Of a stretch of DNA of 64,000 bases, positions 21,901 through 34,200 are shown piece by piece (position 1 is the stretch's first letter; each line of letters begins with the position of its first letter). The DNA is taken from contig JAMWBK010000011.1 of NCBI GenBank assembly GCA_029953675.1, forward strand, positions 930,001 to 994,000, read 5' to 3'. Made by a program: the position numbers and the translations under genes. The notes under the pieces were generated by a model. It was not told the DNA's origin. It ran no database searches and saw only the letters and a program-made list of their open reading frames with translations. Origin of the DNA: Rhodosorus marinus CCMP1338 (Eukaryota; Plantae; Rhodophyta).

Positions 21901-22777
21901 TGGTGTTCATTACGGCGCTAGTTTATTTGGACAGGATTGAGATCGCGAATAGGAGCAACAGATTGACACCGGAGAATGTCCACAGGCTGTTTGCGACAGC
22001 TGTGCTTCTTGCGGTCAAGTATCAGGATGATGAGATATTTGACAACTCCTACTACGCAATGGTGTTTGGATTCTCAAACCTGGCGGAGATCAACCGTTTC
22101 GAGGCGACTTTGCTGTGCTTCTTGGACTTCCGTGTGAGTGTGAGCGAGAAGGAGTACTTGTTCTACAAGACGCACCTGATCCAGTCATCCGCGCAAACTC
22201 CGACGCAATCGGAATTCGTGCTGTCAAGCGTTCCAGTGGCATCCGCGGCCTAAGGACACTACCTTTATTTCTATATATCTATATATTTGTACATGTCATT
22301 TGAACAGTTGTAAATAGCTTTCAAGCATATCTTAAGTAACTAAAACAAACCAAACAATTGAAACAACTCATACTCGCAAGCAAATCAGGGGAAATTGGTT
22401 CTACCATCGCAGCCCTCGATGTAAACAGTGGATTTGCTCCACAGAGTCTCCACGCTGACGCCTTTATAAGAAGAAACCATCTCATCGATGGCATTCGAGC
22501 AACCGGTGAGTTTTTTTTTTTGGAGCAGCAGCATGAGCAAAGCCCGAGGCTTGCTCAACGAGTCACAGTTTCAGACTGCGCAGAACGTACGAGACTCTTC
22601 AGAAACTCCACTCCGCAACCACCTCGAGGAAAACGTCACTTCTTCAGCGATACGTTGCCCAGAACCAAGGTTTGGATCGCGACCACTGGCAGGAGGTTAA
22701 CTACGCTAATTCAGTACTGAGCCATATTCGCAAGGGTACTCCGTATTTATTAGATAACGAGACGCATTAAAGATAAC
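18945..22777. repeat. Tandem segmental duplication, unit A (~3.83 kb)
   Basis: Collinear with unit B: AAACCTGTCACT at 18951 and 22783; the cyclin CDSs are offset by 3849 bp; non-coding sequence aligns throughout with many substitutions and indels. Confidence 0.9.
21690..22253 (+). CDS. P/U-type (PHO80-like) cyclin, copy A
   Basis: ISMESYVQRLYEFMDCSDVVFITALVYLDRI..NVHRLFATAVLLAVKYQDDEIFDNSYYA..LAEINRFEATLLCFLDFRV is the typical cyclin-P/U box. Confidence 0.92.
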   Translation: METAVNFEDQEYIRLSGKSLVSAVAEALERACTDEELVESTIPKCFFGRKQSISMESYVQRLYEFMDCSDVVFITALVYLDRIEIANRSNRLTPENVHRLFATAVLLAVKYQDDEIFDNSYYAMVFGFSNLAEINRFEATLLCFLDFRVSVSEKEYLFYKTHLIQSSAQTPTQSEFVLSSVPVASAA

Positions 22778-25700
22778 CAAACAAACCTGTCACTTTTTCA
22801 GATGCCGTAGACAGGGCAGATCAGTTTGTCTGATCCAAAACTACCCTAAACAGAGCGAGCTCCAGCGAGGCTAGATGGACCACTCGCCAACCTCCACAGG
22901 GTTTTAGAATTGCAGCAAAAATACTATCAGACGAGTCTTCACCTTTGGAGCTGTGCTTGGTGCTGAGCAGGAATACCCCCGATCCGTACCAGCACTGTCA
23001 TCAGCCCCCAATTCGAGGGAATGTGTCCCATTAGCTTCGTGACGCTCGCAAAAGCCACGAAAGTACGAACGTAATTCTAGTACGTGTACTAGTATATTGA
23101 TTACCGCTTGATCGTACGATACTTCGTTTACAGTTCGAGCAAACCGGTCAAGCGAGCATTGCGCAGCTGGGTCCACTGGAGGAAAGCTGAGAGGTCGTCA
23201 CGGGTGCGCTAGTGAATTCGCCTTTCACCGAGACATGTCAAGCAAGAAAGAGCAAGCGAGCAACGCCCAGTGGGGTCCGCTGAAAGCGAGTTTCAAGACC
23301 ATCAGGACCGCTTGCAAGAATTCACTAAATTCACAACCCAAATTTATTATTTAAAAACAAAGAGTTTTCGGCACTGTCAACATTGTGCCGTGCCCACACA
23401 CAGTTCGGGCGAAAGTACTGGAAATAAGGGGGCAAAGCCAGTCCAAGGCCGGTGCAAATCAGGCAGAAAACGATGTGGACCATGATGTAAGATTCACGCA
23501 ATGGTGGGAAACTCAGTCTAACGAAACCCTACCAATCTGGTTTGGATTGTTGTTGAGCTACAACTACCAGCACGTTCAAGGCGAGTCGACTTGAGAAAGG
23601 GACCATTTTATTCAAAAAAAACACGAGAGCTGCAAGCAGCCGTGGAAACAGGCGCTTCATTCGGCACAGTGGAAGAAGGTCGTTTTCTCGTTACCAAACC
23701 AGCAATTATCCTATGACTGCCCTTACGCAAAACTCGGGACCACACGGCCCGAGCGCAGCCATCAATTCCTCGAAATTGACACGGGATAGTGACTTTGAGG
23801 TGCTGTGCAAAGACTAGAAATGACGGGCAGCCCGACATGACGATCAATGATGGCCGCTCTAGGGTGGCGCGAATCCGAATATGAGGCGATATCATGTCCC
23901 ATCCCTACCGGACAAAGTTCCCCCTAGAAACGAGCAGCTCATCAAAAATATGTAACAAACGAAATCGCAATCCCGTCCGAGCACCTCTGGGCCTCCAACC
24001 TTCTGCCGGAGAACTTCGCCATCGAAACCCGAGCCACGCGTCGAAAAGATTTCTTTACTTATTTTCATCGTTTTTACAAAGAATCCCGTCCATATTGGCA
24101 TGTCCCGCAGGAACCCAAAAAACAGAGCAAATTCGACTGAAAACAACAAAGTTAGCGTTCTGAGAATCCATTGAAACAGCTGGCTTGGAGAGTTTCTTCG
24201 CATCTCAGTTACACCTCAATTCTCTCAAAAACAAACGCAAAACAATATCCAGATACACCAGGATTAGCCCAACTCCAATCAATATGATCGTTAAACTACT
24301 TCTTAATATTTATTAATTCATTATCATACGGAAACACTGTTTGCATTGGTTATTTAGATCTTATCTCATCTATTAACGAAAGATAATTTGAAGATAGTCT
24401 TCACTAATAACCAATTATAAACCTTAGCTGAACTTCACTGAACTAACCACGATGCAGGAACTCCAAAAACGTGGGCAAGGTAAAAAACACAGCACCCTAA
24501 ATACGGAACTGATCTCCATTGGCCAATTCAGCCAGCACCGGCAAAAAACTATTTGCTATTCATCCACAAATCAATTCTATCCCAAAGAACATACATTTCC
24601 CCCCCACGAGCACGTCCAGACATGGTGAATACTAACCGATTCTACCTCGAAAGCCTCCATTTTCTACTCCAAAACAAAAACAATCGCAGCCAGCATTCAG
24701 TCCAGTCGAAAACTCAACGCTAATGACTGAATGTCAGTCAAGACATCGTTTCCCGTTTGCGTGTGCATTGCGTTTCGGGTCATCCTCGATATGGCCGCAT
24801 AAATATATCCAGAAATTGGTTGCGGCGTACTTGCTCTTCCTACTAAAAAGATCGCTTTCCTTCTGCGTTTGACCAGTAGCAACGTAGGCCCCTTTCTCCT
24901 TCCCCGTTTAGGGCTGGATTGCAAGATGTCCGGAAAATAGAAAAGCCGAAGAAAAACGATGAGACGGCTTCTTCTTTTCGTTGGAGGAGAAAGGAGAGGG
25001 TTGTGCTACTTCCGCATTTCTTCATGCTGTCCGAAGCAGGGACGTGCGAAAACAAGGTAGGAGGAATATATATAATTTATGTGATAAAATTCCAACGTTA
25101 AGAGGTGGGAGCCCGTAAAGATTTGATCAAGGCGAGGGTTTTGACCCCTTTTTTCTACCCGCCATTGCTTTCTTGGAATTGAGGTGTTCGTGTAGTCGTT
25201 GAGAGCAAAATTTGCACAGCTTTTTTTTTTTGTTTATTTTTGTGAATGGATTCTGGACCTGTTGGTTGAATCTTGTTTATGCTGTCAGAAGTATATTTGT
25301 TTTTTGGTTGTTTTATGATGGATTTGTTGGGTGCTTGTTCACATTGTAGGGATGACGGGCTGTGCGTGCTGAGCGGATATGCGGATATTGGGTGAGTTGG
25401 GGATTGTGCAGGTTATAAGAGTGGTGGCTGGTGGTGTGGGAGTATAGAGGGGAGAGAGTTGGATGTGGAGCAAAGAAAGGACAAGGATAAGCAGAAGCAG
25501 AAGAAGAGGTAAAGCGGGTTTTTGGTTGAATAGAGGTGATGGAGACAACGGTGAACTTTGAGGATCAGGAATATATCAGGCTATCAGGGAAGGCCTTGGT
25601 CTCTGCTGTTGCAGAAGCTTTGGAGCGAGCCTGTACTGATGAAGAGCTTGTAGAATCGACTATTCCGAAATGCTTTTTCGGCAGGAAGCAGTCGATCTCG

Positions 25701-26945
25701 TTGGAGTCTTACGTGCAAAGGCTGTATGAGTTTATGGATTGCTCGGATGTGGTGTTCATTACGGCGCTAGTTTATTTGGACAGGATTGAGATCGCGAATA
25801 GGAACAACAGATTGACGCAGGAGAATGTCCACAGGCTGTTTGCGACAGCTGTGCTTCTTGCGGTAAAGTATCAGGATGATGAGATATTTGACAACTCCTA
25901 CTACGCAATGGTGTTTGGATTCTCAAACCTGGCGGAGATCAACCGTTTCGAGGCGACTTTGCTGTGCTTCTTGGACTTCCGTGTGAGTGTGAGTGAGAAG
26001 GAGTACTTGTTCTACAAGACGCACCTGATCCAGTCATCCGCGCAAACTCCGACTCAATCGGAATTCGTGCTGTCAAGCGTTCCAGTGGCGTCCGCGGCCT
26101 AAGGACACTATCTTTATTTCTATATATATATGAATATTTTTATATGTCATTTGAACAGTTGTAAATAGCTTTCACGCATATTTTAAGTAACTAAAACAAA
26201 CCAAACAATTGAAACAACTCATACTCGCAAGCAAATCAGCGGAAATTGGTTCTACCATCGCAGCCCTCGATGTAAGCAGTGGATTTGCTCCACAGAGTCT
26301 CCACGCTGACGCCTTGATAAGAAGAAACCATCGCATCGATGGCATTCGAGCAACCCGAGTACGTTTTTTCTTGGAGCAGCAGCTTGAGCAAAGTCTGAGG
26401 GTTGATCAACGAGTCACAGTTTCGGACTGCACAGAACGTACGAGACTCTTCAGCAACTCCACTCCGAAACCACCTTGAGCAATAAATCACTTCTTCAGTG
26501 ACACATCGCGATGAACCCAAGCTTGGGTCGATCACGACCACTGTCAGGAGGCTTCTCGAAGCTCTCTCGCTCACTCGTACTTACTTCGGACTCTTCCGAA
26601 TTACGAAACTAAAGTCCTTTCCCCTTCAAACAGTACGCAGCAGAAACATTCACAAGGCCTTTGGGCTACGTCGCCAAGTGAGGTCTGGGGAAGATCTGCA
26701 AAGCTGTCAGCACCACATCGGGTCTCCAGATATTATTCAACACCAGAGCACACGGAAGAAAACAAATGGTCTGTATTTCAGAAATCGACACGTCTTGGTA
26801 AAACTCTCCTTGTAAAACTGTCTCGGCTCAGTGATTGGTTATTATAGCACTACTTGACTCAATTAACCACGCTAATGCAGTACTGATCCATATTTGGAGG
26901 TGTACTGCGTATCTATTGGATATCGAGAAATGTTAAGGATAAAAC
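22778..26945. repeat. Tandem segmental duplication, unit B (has ~310 bp extra at 26552-26862)
   Basis: Aligns to unit A; ends in a homologue of 22700-22775 at 26863-26940. Confidence 0.88.
25539..26102 (+). CDS. P/U-type (PHO80-like) cyclin, copy B
   Basis: Same length as copy A, with five amino-acid differences. Confidence 0.92.
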   Translation: METTVNFEDQEYIRLSGKALVSAVAEALERACTDEELVESTIPKCFFGRKQSISLESYVQRLYEFMDCSDVVFITALVYLDRIEIANRNNRLTQENVHRLFATAVLLAVKYQDDEIFDNSYYAMVFGFSNLAEINRFEATLLCFLDFRVSVSEKEYLFYKTHLIQSSAQTPTQSEFVLSSVPVASAA

Positions 26946-27097
26946 GGAGATGTATTGGCTAATTAGGAGCCAAACGCAGAGGACTATATTAGACAGCTCT
27001 AGGCCGAACTGGGGGAGGTAGGAGAAGAGCAAAGCAACGAATTCTTGGTGCAAGTGACATCAGACTTTACGGGATTTTGTTCAGGGTGTCTTGGCTT

Positions 27098-27230
27098 TGG
27101 GAGTCTTTCTGCTGGCGAATGGCGAAAATTGGAGGGAGAGTCTTTCGGGTAGCGACTGCGGGAAAATTGGTGAGACAGTCTTTCGGGTAGCGACTGGCGA
27201 AAACTTGGCGGGAGAGAGTCTTTAGGGAAG
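27098..27230. repeat. Degenerate minisatellite, ~37-40-bp unit, about 3.5 copies
   Basis: The core (G/C)AGTCTTT recurs at 27101, 27138, 27176 and 27216; GAAAA(T/C)TGG follows in the first three units. Confidence 0.75.
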
Positions 27231-27872
27231 AAATGGAGGGCGCAAATTGTTGGGAGTCCTTTTTTAGTTCTTTAAGGGATTATCAATTTAAGCGTTAATA
27301 TACAGTAGACATAAAGTACAGAATTGGCGATTTATTTATTTAAGAAGAAACACATAAAGTATACAATACAGAAAATAGCTTTGTACACGCCCATTCTTTG
27401 GTAGGGGGCCGTTGTTTCATCCAACCAATCATCGATTCATCTAACCCAAGTCAATCCAATAACCGCTACGTTTCTCCCTAATCTCTCATTAAACAAGTTT
27501 TAAGAAATATAATTGGATATTAGGATATTCCATACGAGAATATAATCCAATTGTGGAGTTTAATTGGTTATCAGCTATTAATATTTACAGAATCGAACAT
27601 AAATCAATATTTATCCTTTTTAATTGGATGTATACAGTTTTGCAACATCTTTATAAACCAATGAATAATATTGAAATATTATAAATAGCTTATTTAACCA
27701 ATGAAATACTTCAGTTTAGCCAGGGGTTGTAATTTACGGAATGAGAACTTGGGAGCAAAATGTTACGGTTTGCAAGGACAGAGGCGCTGACTGTGATCGT
27801 GATGGAGCAGAGGGATGGGAGTGAGGCAAGTCATGGGAGTAGAACTCATTACTGAGGGGTTTTAAAACTAGG

Positions 27873-29234
27873 ATGGAGCCATATGGCAATGACCATCTGT
27901 TTCACGACTCTACTCTTGCCTTTTCCTCTGATGTGGAGAAGTGGCTTCGAGATCAGGGGTCGTCTGAAGGCGACCTGAGTCAGCGGCGAGACGTTTTTCG
28001 GACTCGTCTGGCGACCAAGCGATGTGTTGTTGTAGCTGGATACGAAGCATGCAGAGATGCGCTTGAGGAGAAGGAGTTTGTTGCATCTCAAGCTTACAAT
28101 GAGCTGCTTTCTGGTGTCATGGGTGAGACCACTCTCCTTACGATGGAGGAAGACGGTGAGCTGCTGAAAGCGACCAAGATGTTGCTCCACGGGACGATTT
28201 TGAAGTCAATGGATCATATCGTATTCACGTCACTGATTCCCAAACTGGAAGAGCGACTAGATAAGCTGTCAGGAAAACCCGTGAACCTGTATGAAGTCGT
28301 TCGTGACTGTATAGCGGACTCAATCGTCTCCGAGGTTATCGGACCGCACCATATCGACGAACGCCAGCAGCTAGATTTGCTCCTCAAGGACCACTTTCGC
28401 GCTGCTTCGAGGCCACCAGTGAAGCTCAAGCTGGGCAAGATTTGGATGTCAGCTTTTCAGCGCGGAATTGAGGCTCGGGATAAGCTGCTCGCAAAATTCG
28501 AGGCTGTAGTCAAGAACTTTGAACCTTCCGAGGGCGAGTCCTGTTCTGCTGATTGTTCTTCCCTGTTATGTGCGATCTTCACGGAGAACAACAATTGGAA
28601 GATGGATAACAAGACGGCACTCAGCACCAAGCACCTCGCGGGGATTCTGTTAGTGCTCAGCAACACGATTATTCCGAAAACGGTGGCGACGCTCGTCGCC
28701 TCGACCTGCGCGTCGATCACACTGGACATCTCGCTGTTCGAGAAGGCCCACAACGAGGCAAAGTCGTGCCAAGTCGACATCAAGAGCTGCGCTGGGATGC
28801 AGGAAAACTGCTCCGAAACCATACGGCTCTGCACCAAAGAAACGCTGCGACTTTGGCCCGCGCTCATCGCGGCTCCGAGAAAGTGCAACAATGACGTCAT
28901 CTTCCGAGGCTATAAGATCCCAAAAGGCCGCTATGTGATCATCATGTTGTTGGCAGGCAACCGGGACCCAGCTTCGTACGGTCCTTCGGCGAACGAGTTC
29001 TCGGTGAAGAGATGGAAGGTGACTCCCCCACCTCCGGAGCCGTTGAGCTTTGGGGGTGGACCCCGTTCCTGCTCGGGACGCGACCTTGCCGAGAAGATCA
29101 GCGTCGCCGTCATCTGCAAGCTGCTTCAGAAATACTCGTCGTGGCAGCTCAAGAAGGGCAGCAATCCTCTCGACTACAAATGGTTTCCAGTTTCTGCGCA
29201 TCGAGAACCCGTCAAATTTGTCTTCACACCTTGA
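27873..29234 (+). CDS. Cytochrome P450 with an atypical I-helix
   Basis: K-helix KETLRLWP (ExxR) and heme motif FGGGPRSCSG. The N-terminus may be incomplete (possible upstream exon). Confidence 0.92.
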   Translation: MEPYGNDHLFHDSTLAFSSDVEKWLRDQGSSEGDLSQRRDVFRTRLATKRCVVVAGYEACRDALEEKEFVASQAYNELLSGVMGETTLLTMEEDGELLKATKMLLHGTILKSMDHIVFTSLIPKLEERLDKLSGKPVNLYEVVRDCIADSIVSEVIGPHHIDERQQLDLLLKDHFRAASRPPVKLKLGKIWMSAFQRGIEARDKLLAKFEAVVKNFEPSEGESCSADCSSLLCAIFTENNNWKMDNKTALSTKHLAGILLVLSNTIIPKTVATLVASTCASITLDISLFEKAHNEAKSCQVDIKSCAGMQENCSETIRLCTKETLRLWPALIAAPRKCNNDVIFRGYKIPKGRYVIIMLLAGNRDPASYGPSANEFSVKRWKVTPPPPEPLSFGGGPRSCSGRDLAEKISVAVICKLLQKYSSWQLKKGSNPLDYKWFPVSAHREPVKFVFTP

Positions 29235-30113
29235 GCAAGTCTCTCACCGAAAGGCCAACTGGGATCGGGCCTCGCTATGTTCCAGTCTGACGGTGGTGCG
29301 TTTCAGAACTGAAAAACTGCACAGAAAATTATTCAGGCACAGCTTGTCCTTCATCCCCGTGAGGAAATAGAGCAGAGGAGTTCAATGACTTGCCAGACGG
29401 TTCAGCTTGGGTGTCGGACTACTGCGCTCCCTTCGGAAGTCAGCGGGGCTTCAAATGGACTGATCAAGGCCTCTGGTTCAGCTGAGCAGTGAAACGCTTT
29501 GTCGATATCCACACAATGTCAATAGATTCACTTCCTCTTCTGTCGTCAGGTGCGCTCCTGATGATTGATGAAGGCTTTGTAAGATACTGGTTCAGCTGAA
29601 CAGTGAGAGAGTCCGGGTCGAAGCGGTGAATCGATGACTACTGCTACGTACTGACTTGACTGAGGCGGAGTACTGAGCTCGCCATTCGGTAGTCAGCGGC
29701 GCTCTTGATGGACTGGCCGAGGCCTTCTAGCAATCTGTTGAGCTGAATAGAGGGAGACTCCATCTTTGTCTATGTCTTTGTAAATAGCTGACTACTAAAC
29801 GTACTAGCTGGACACGTTCGCAACCAGTCCGGGTTAGTACTAGAGCGCAAAATCGGGTTGACCGAGAACTGTAGTATACGGCAGGCGAGAGTTTTAGGCA
29901 GAAAGCAGTAAGGTCTTCCTGTCTGGGTTTCCTCTCTCTCTCTAGGCTAGTCCTTTGAGGCGCTGAAGATCTCTCATGTGCATATTCAGCCTTGATAACA
30001 ACTGAGTTTTTCCTTCTGGTCATTTTCAAAGTACAAGAAGACTTTTTAGAGCTCAATGATGAGCCTTGGCTCGGATTTTGCGCTAATAAATTGAGTTTAG
30101 GGAACGCGTTTTA

Positions 30114-30395
30114 TCACAGATCTTCATGAAGCGCCCTCACTCTGGCATGAACCTTTCGCAGCTTCTTGGCGGTATGTTCGAGGCTCCGCTTGGTCTCGAG
30201 CAGGTCGTCGGCTGCACCCTGCAACTCCGGCATGGAAGTCACCGTCTCAGACATCCGATCAACCACCGCTCGCAGCTCAACCACCCTGCCCATCAGCTGG
30301 CCCTGAGCGGCCTCGAGCCCAACCAAAGATTCATTCCGCGTCTCCCCAGCGCCCTTCGCAAGCTCACTTATCGATCCAGCCACAGCCTCCTCCAT
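30114..30395 (-). CDS. Small coiled-coil protein, Snapin/BLOC-1-subunit-like
   Basis: 93 aa from MEEAVAG. The heptad pattern LEAAQGQL..ELRAVVD..DDLLETKRSLEHTAKKLRKVHARVRAL recalls the Snapin/pallidin family. Confidence 0.45.
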   Translation of the reverse strand: MEEAVAGSISELAKGAGETRNESLVGLEAAQGQLMGRVVELRAVVDRMSETVTSMPELQGAADDLLETKRSLEHTAKKLRKVHARVRALHEDL

Positions 30396-31243
30396 CTCTC
30401 TCTCCCATTCAAAACAATACAACTGCTCCAAAGCAGCTTTCACTCGACCCTCCTCTCCCGCTCTTGAGAAAACCTTCAACCAGACTTTCTAAAGCATCTC
30501 AAAGAGCCCCCTCCCAAAGTCACCCTCCCAGCTTTCTCCATGCTAAAACATCCAGAGTTCGATTCCCAGGCTTTGCGACCAAACCTCCCCAGTGTCTGAC
30601 ATTCTTGAGGCTTTGTCACTTCTCTATTGATCTTGAGTTCGGTCTCGACTTTGCGACCAAACCTGCACTGGCTACTGTCCGAAGTTTCTTTGGAAGCTTT
30701 TTCACATCACCAATGACCGAGAGTTCGGCCCCGACTTTGCGAGCAAGTTTTTGACCGGTGTCTATGGCCACGCAACTGGAATATTCAACAGCAATTTCAG
30801 GCTCTTGAGAAGCTCAGCTCGCTTTCCAAAGTGTCTCAAGACTTCAAATCACTAAAGGAAGCCGGCACTCCAGTGCCGTTCAACTAGAGCTTTTTCACTA
30901 CCAAAGATCGAGAGGTCGATCCCAAACTTGTGTGAGGGGCTTCGACTGCTGCCTGAGTATTTTTTCTTTAAGAGTGCTAAGGTGCTGGCCCAGCGACTGA
31001 GCCGTAGATTGGGCTGGAGAGGTGCCTGGAAGTGCTGTTGACGACAATCAACAGTATAGAGGTCTAAAACAAACCTTTATGAGTAAATAGATTAATTAAC
31101 TTTAGTTACAGTCGTTAGTGTGCTCTTATGGGCACTTAAATAGCTTTAAATCCTAAAATCTTCACCGACCAAACCAACTCGCCCATAGGTTTTGAGCCCG
31201 GTTTGGTCGGCGGGGTATAGGTTCATCAGCCGATGCAACCATG

Positions 31244-34200
31244 TTACAGAGCGTTTGGAGTCGGTCCTTCGCTCAGAGCTTGTACATTTGCATCCTTCGC
31301 GAGGCTAAGGCTTGTAGAATAGCTCTCAATGAGGTTATCGATGGGCGTCCGTTCGGGTTTGACCCCGCGGCTGACCATCTCCATGATCGTTGCTCGTGCC
31401 TCTCCCAGAAGTCCGTCCTGAATGTACTCTTTCACCAGCGTGTGGTACGAGAGCTCCTGTGGGGTGGTCTTCCGGAGCACCTTGCTGAGTATCCTCCACA
31501 GTCCAGCAAAGTCGCGCTCCTTGATGTGGGCATCCAACACAACTGAGTAGGTTCTCGCAGACGGTTCCATCTGTCGCTCCAGCATCGTCTTCAAGTGCTC
31601 CTGAGCGCGTTGGATCCGACCAAGCCTAATTGAGGCGTCCACCCCAATCTCAAGCAACTCCCTCCCGCAGTATTGGGACGAGCGCTCCCGTGCTTCCAAA
31701 ATCTCCAGAGCTGTATCAAAGTTTGACATCTTCATGGACGTACAGGCGGCGGCTACGGCCCCTTCGATAGAGACTGGGAGGTTTTCGCGCATCATATAGT
31801 AGTACACGTTCACGACAGACTCGCCAGTGCATCTCACGATCAGCTGATTGCATGCTGATGCAGCCAAGCACAGCTTTCGCTTCTGGGCGTCAGCAAACAC
31901 GGACATAGCACTTTGAATCATACCGCAGCGTACCAGCGCTTCTACCGCGACGGTGTACAGGCTGACTGGAGGGTTCCTCAGAGCCCTGAACGCGTCCTCA
32001 AGCACTTTGCTCACGCGTTCAGCATCGCCCATTCTTCCAGCGTCAGCAACGATCGCACTGAACGTTTGCACGCCAGGTCTCACATTTGCCTCTTCCATGT
32101 GTCCGAGTACATCCATACCATTCTCCTCACTCGTCAAATAGCCCAAACGCGCGAGTTGCACAAATACTAGCTCGGATAGCGGAATTTTGAGCTTGAGGGC
32201 CTCCCGGTACAGGTTCCATGCGACCTCGCCCTCCCCGCAATCGATGTGCGCTGACATTCGCGCCGATAACAAGTTTGCGTCCTGATCGAATCCCCTGCGC
32301 TGAGCACCTTCGTAGACAAGTTCGGCGCCGGAGAGATCACCATCTCTCCCGTACGCCACGATCAAAGACGCAAACACCTCAGAGGAGAGCCTTATGTGCC
32401 TCTCCACCATCTCATTAAAAGCGTGCACAGAGGACCTCAGATTTCCCTCCTTGCCGTACGCGGAGATCAGCGCCGCATAGCTCTCATAGTTTGGCCTGAT
32501 GAGCATGCCCTGCATTTCCCCAAACTTTGCAAATGCCATTCGTGCATCTCCCGCATTGGCCGCAGCGCGAATGAGAAGGTTGTACGACACAACGTTTGGC
32601 TGCTTCCCGCTCATCTTCATCCTCTTGACGGCGAGCTCGGCCTCATTCAGTCTCCCCGCCTCGATATTGGCTCGAACAAAGGAGTTATACGTGGTCGTAG
32701 AGGGCGATACGTCCTCATCGTTCATTTGAGACATCTGCTTCAGGAGTTCGTCCACGTCCCCACCTTCGGCCAACGATCCCATCACCACGTTGAACATGAC
32801 CACATCCGGTTGCAGTCCCCGTCGGCGGGCCTCATTGAACAGTGACAAAACCTTTTCATGATCACCTAGCTTCAGGTAGCCGTCCATGAGGGTTGTGTAA
32901 GTTGCACGGTCCGGTGAGATGTTCTGCCTGTCCATATCGGCGAAAACTCCCATCGCAGCTTCCATGTCCTGCCTCTTCACGTGAGAATCTATCAGGACGT
33001 TCAGCGTCATTGCCCCAACTTCTAATCCCTTTTCTCGCATCTCAGCAAGGCATCGGCTAATCTTCCTCTTGTTGTTTGATTTGCACACGGCTGTGAAATA
33101 CGCTTGGTAGGTGGCCCAATCATAGTCAAGTCCCTCGCGGTGCATGACTGCCAAAACCTGTTCGACCTTTTTCGCTTCGCCTTGCTTGGCGTAGGCGCTG
33201 AGAAGCGCATTGTATGCGTAAACGTTGGGCTCTATGCCACGCTGTTGCATTTCCTCAAAAAGTTTTGCTGCCGTGGACACCCTCCCCGACGATCCATAAG
33301 CCGTTATCAGGGCAGCGTAACTTCGTACTGTACGTTTCACCTTATTCTTCGTCATCTCCCTCCTCAGGAACGGGATCGCATCCACCGTTTCTTCTAATGC
33401 ACAGACATCTATGAGCGATACGTACATATGCTCGTTGACACTAACGCCGTTTCCTTGCATGTAATCGTACAGTTCCAAAGCGGCTTTGTAGTTTCGGGAT
33501 TTTGCATAGCTGTCGAAAAGAGTTCCATAGCAGTGCTCATCTGGATCCATGCCGCCCTTTATCATGCGATTGAACATCATTTCCACGCCGTCATAGTCTC
33601 CCCCCTGCAAGTAAGTTTTCATCAGGGTTGCGTAGGTAACTTTGTCGTATCGAAGATTGCACGACGGCATTCGTTTCAAAACTTTCAGGGCTGAGTCAAC
33701 GTCTCCAGTCTTCGCAAATCCCTTGATGTACGTATTGAAAGTCGACAGATCTGCAAACTTCTCCTTCAGGATGTTTTCGAAGAGGTCTCTAGCCTTCTCC
33801 ATCGAACCTTTCTCCACGAGCGCGTCGAGGACCGAGTTCCATACCACGACAGATTGTTTAGCTGCGCTACCTCTCATTTCCTCCAGCACTGACAGGGCCA
33901 GCTCGATTTTCCCCACTCGGCACATCGCATTAACGAGAGATCCATAGCTGTGCGCGTCGGGTTGGAAACCCACTGCACGCATGTCTTCAAAGAATTTCAC
34001 AGCAAGCTCGTCGTCGTCCATTTTCGCAGCGACGTTGATCGCCGTGTTGAAGGAGAACAAATCCGGTTGGATACCCACGTTCACCATCTCCGAAAAAAGG
34101 CCGAGGCTGGCGTGAAAGTCCCCCCGCTTGAGCTCGGCGTGCATAAGGGTGTTGAACGTAACTCTGTCAAAGGCCACTCCCCTCTCGCTCATTTCCCCCC

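Noticed and set aside
27098-27230. CRISPR-like array (also considered for 54102-54167)
   Set aside because: The units are contiguous with no unique spacers, there are no cas genes, and the context is eukaryotic.
28214-29201. Long antisense ORFs over the P450 (and similar ones over the astacin, PPR, PREP and GH86 genes)
   Set aside because: Shadow frames of real coding sequence; they have no motifs of their own.
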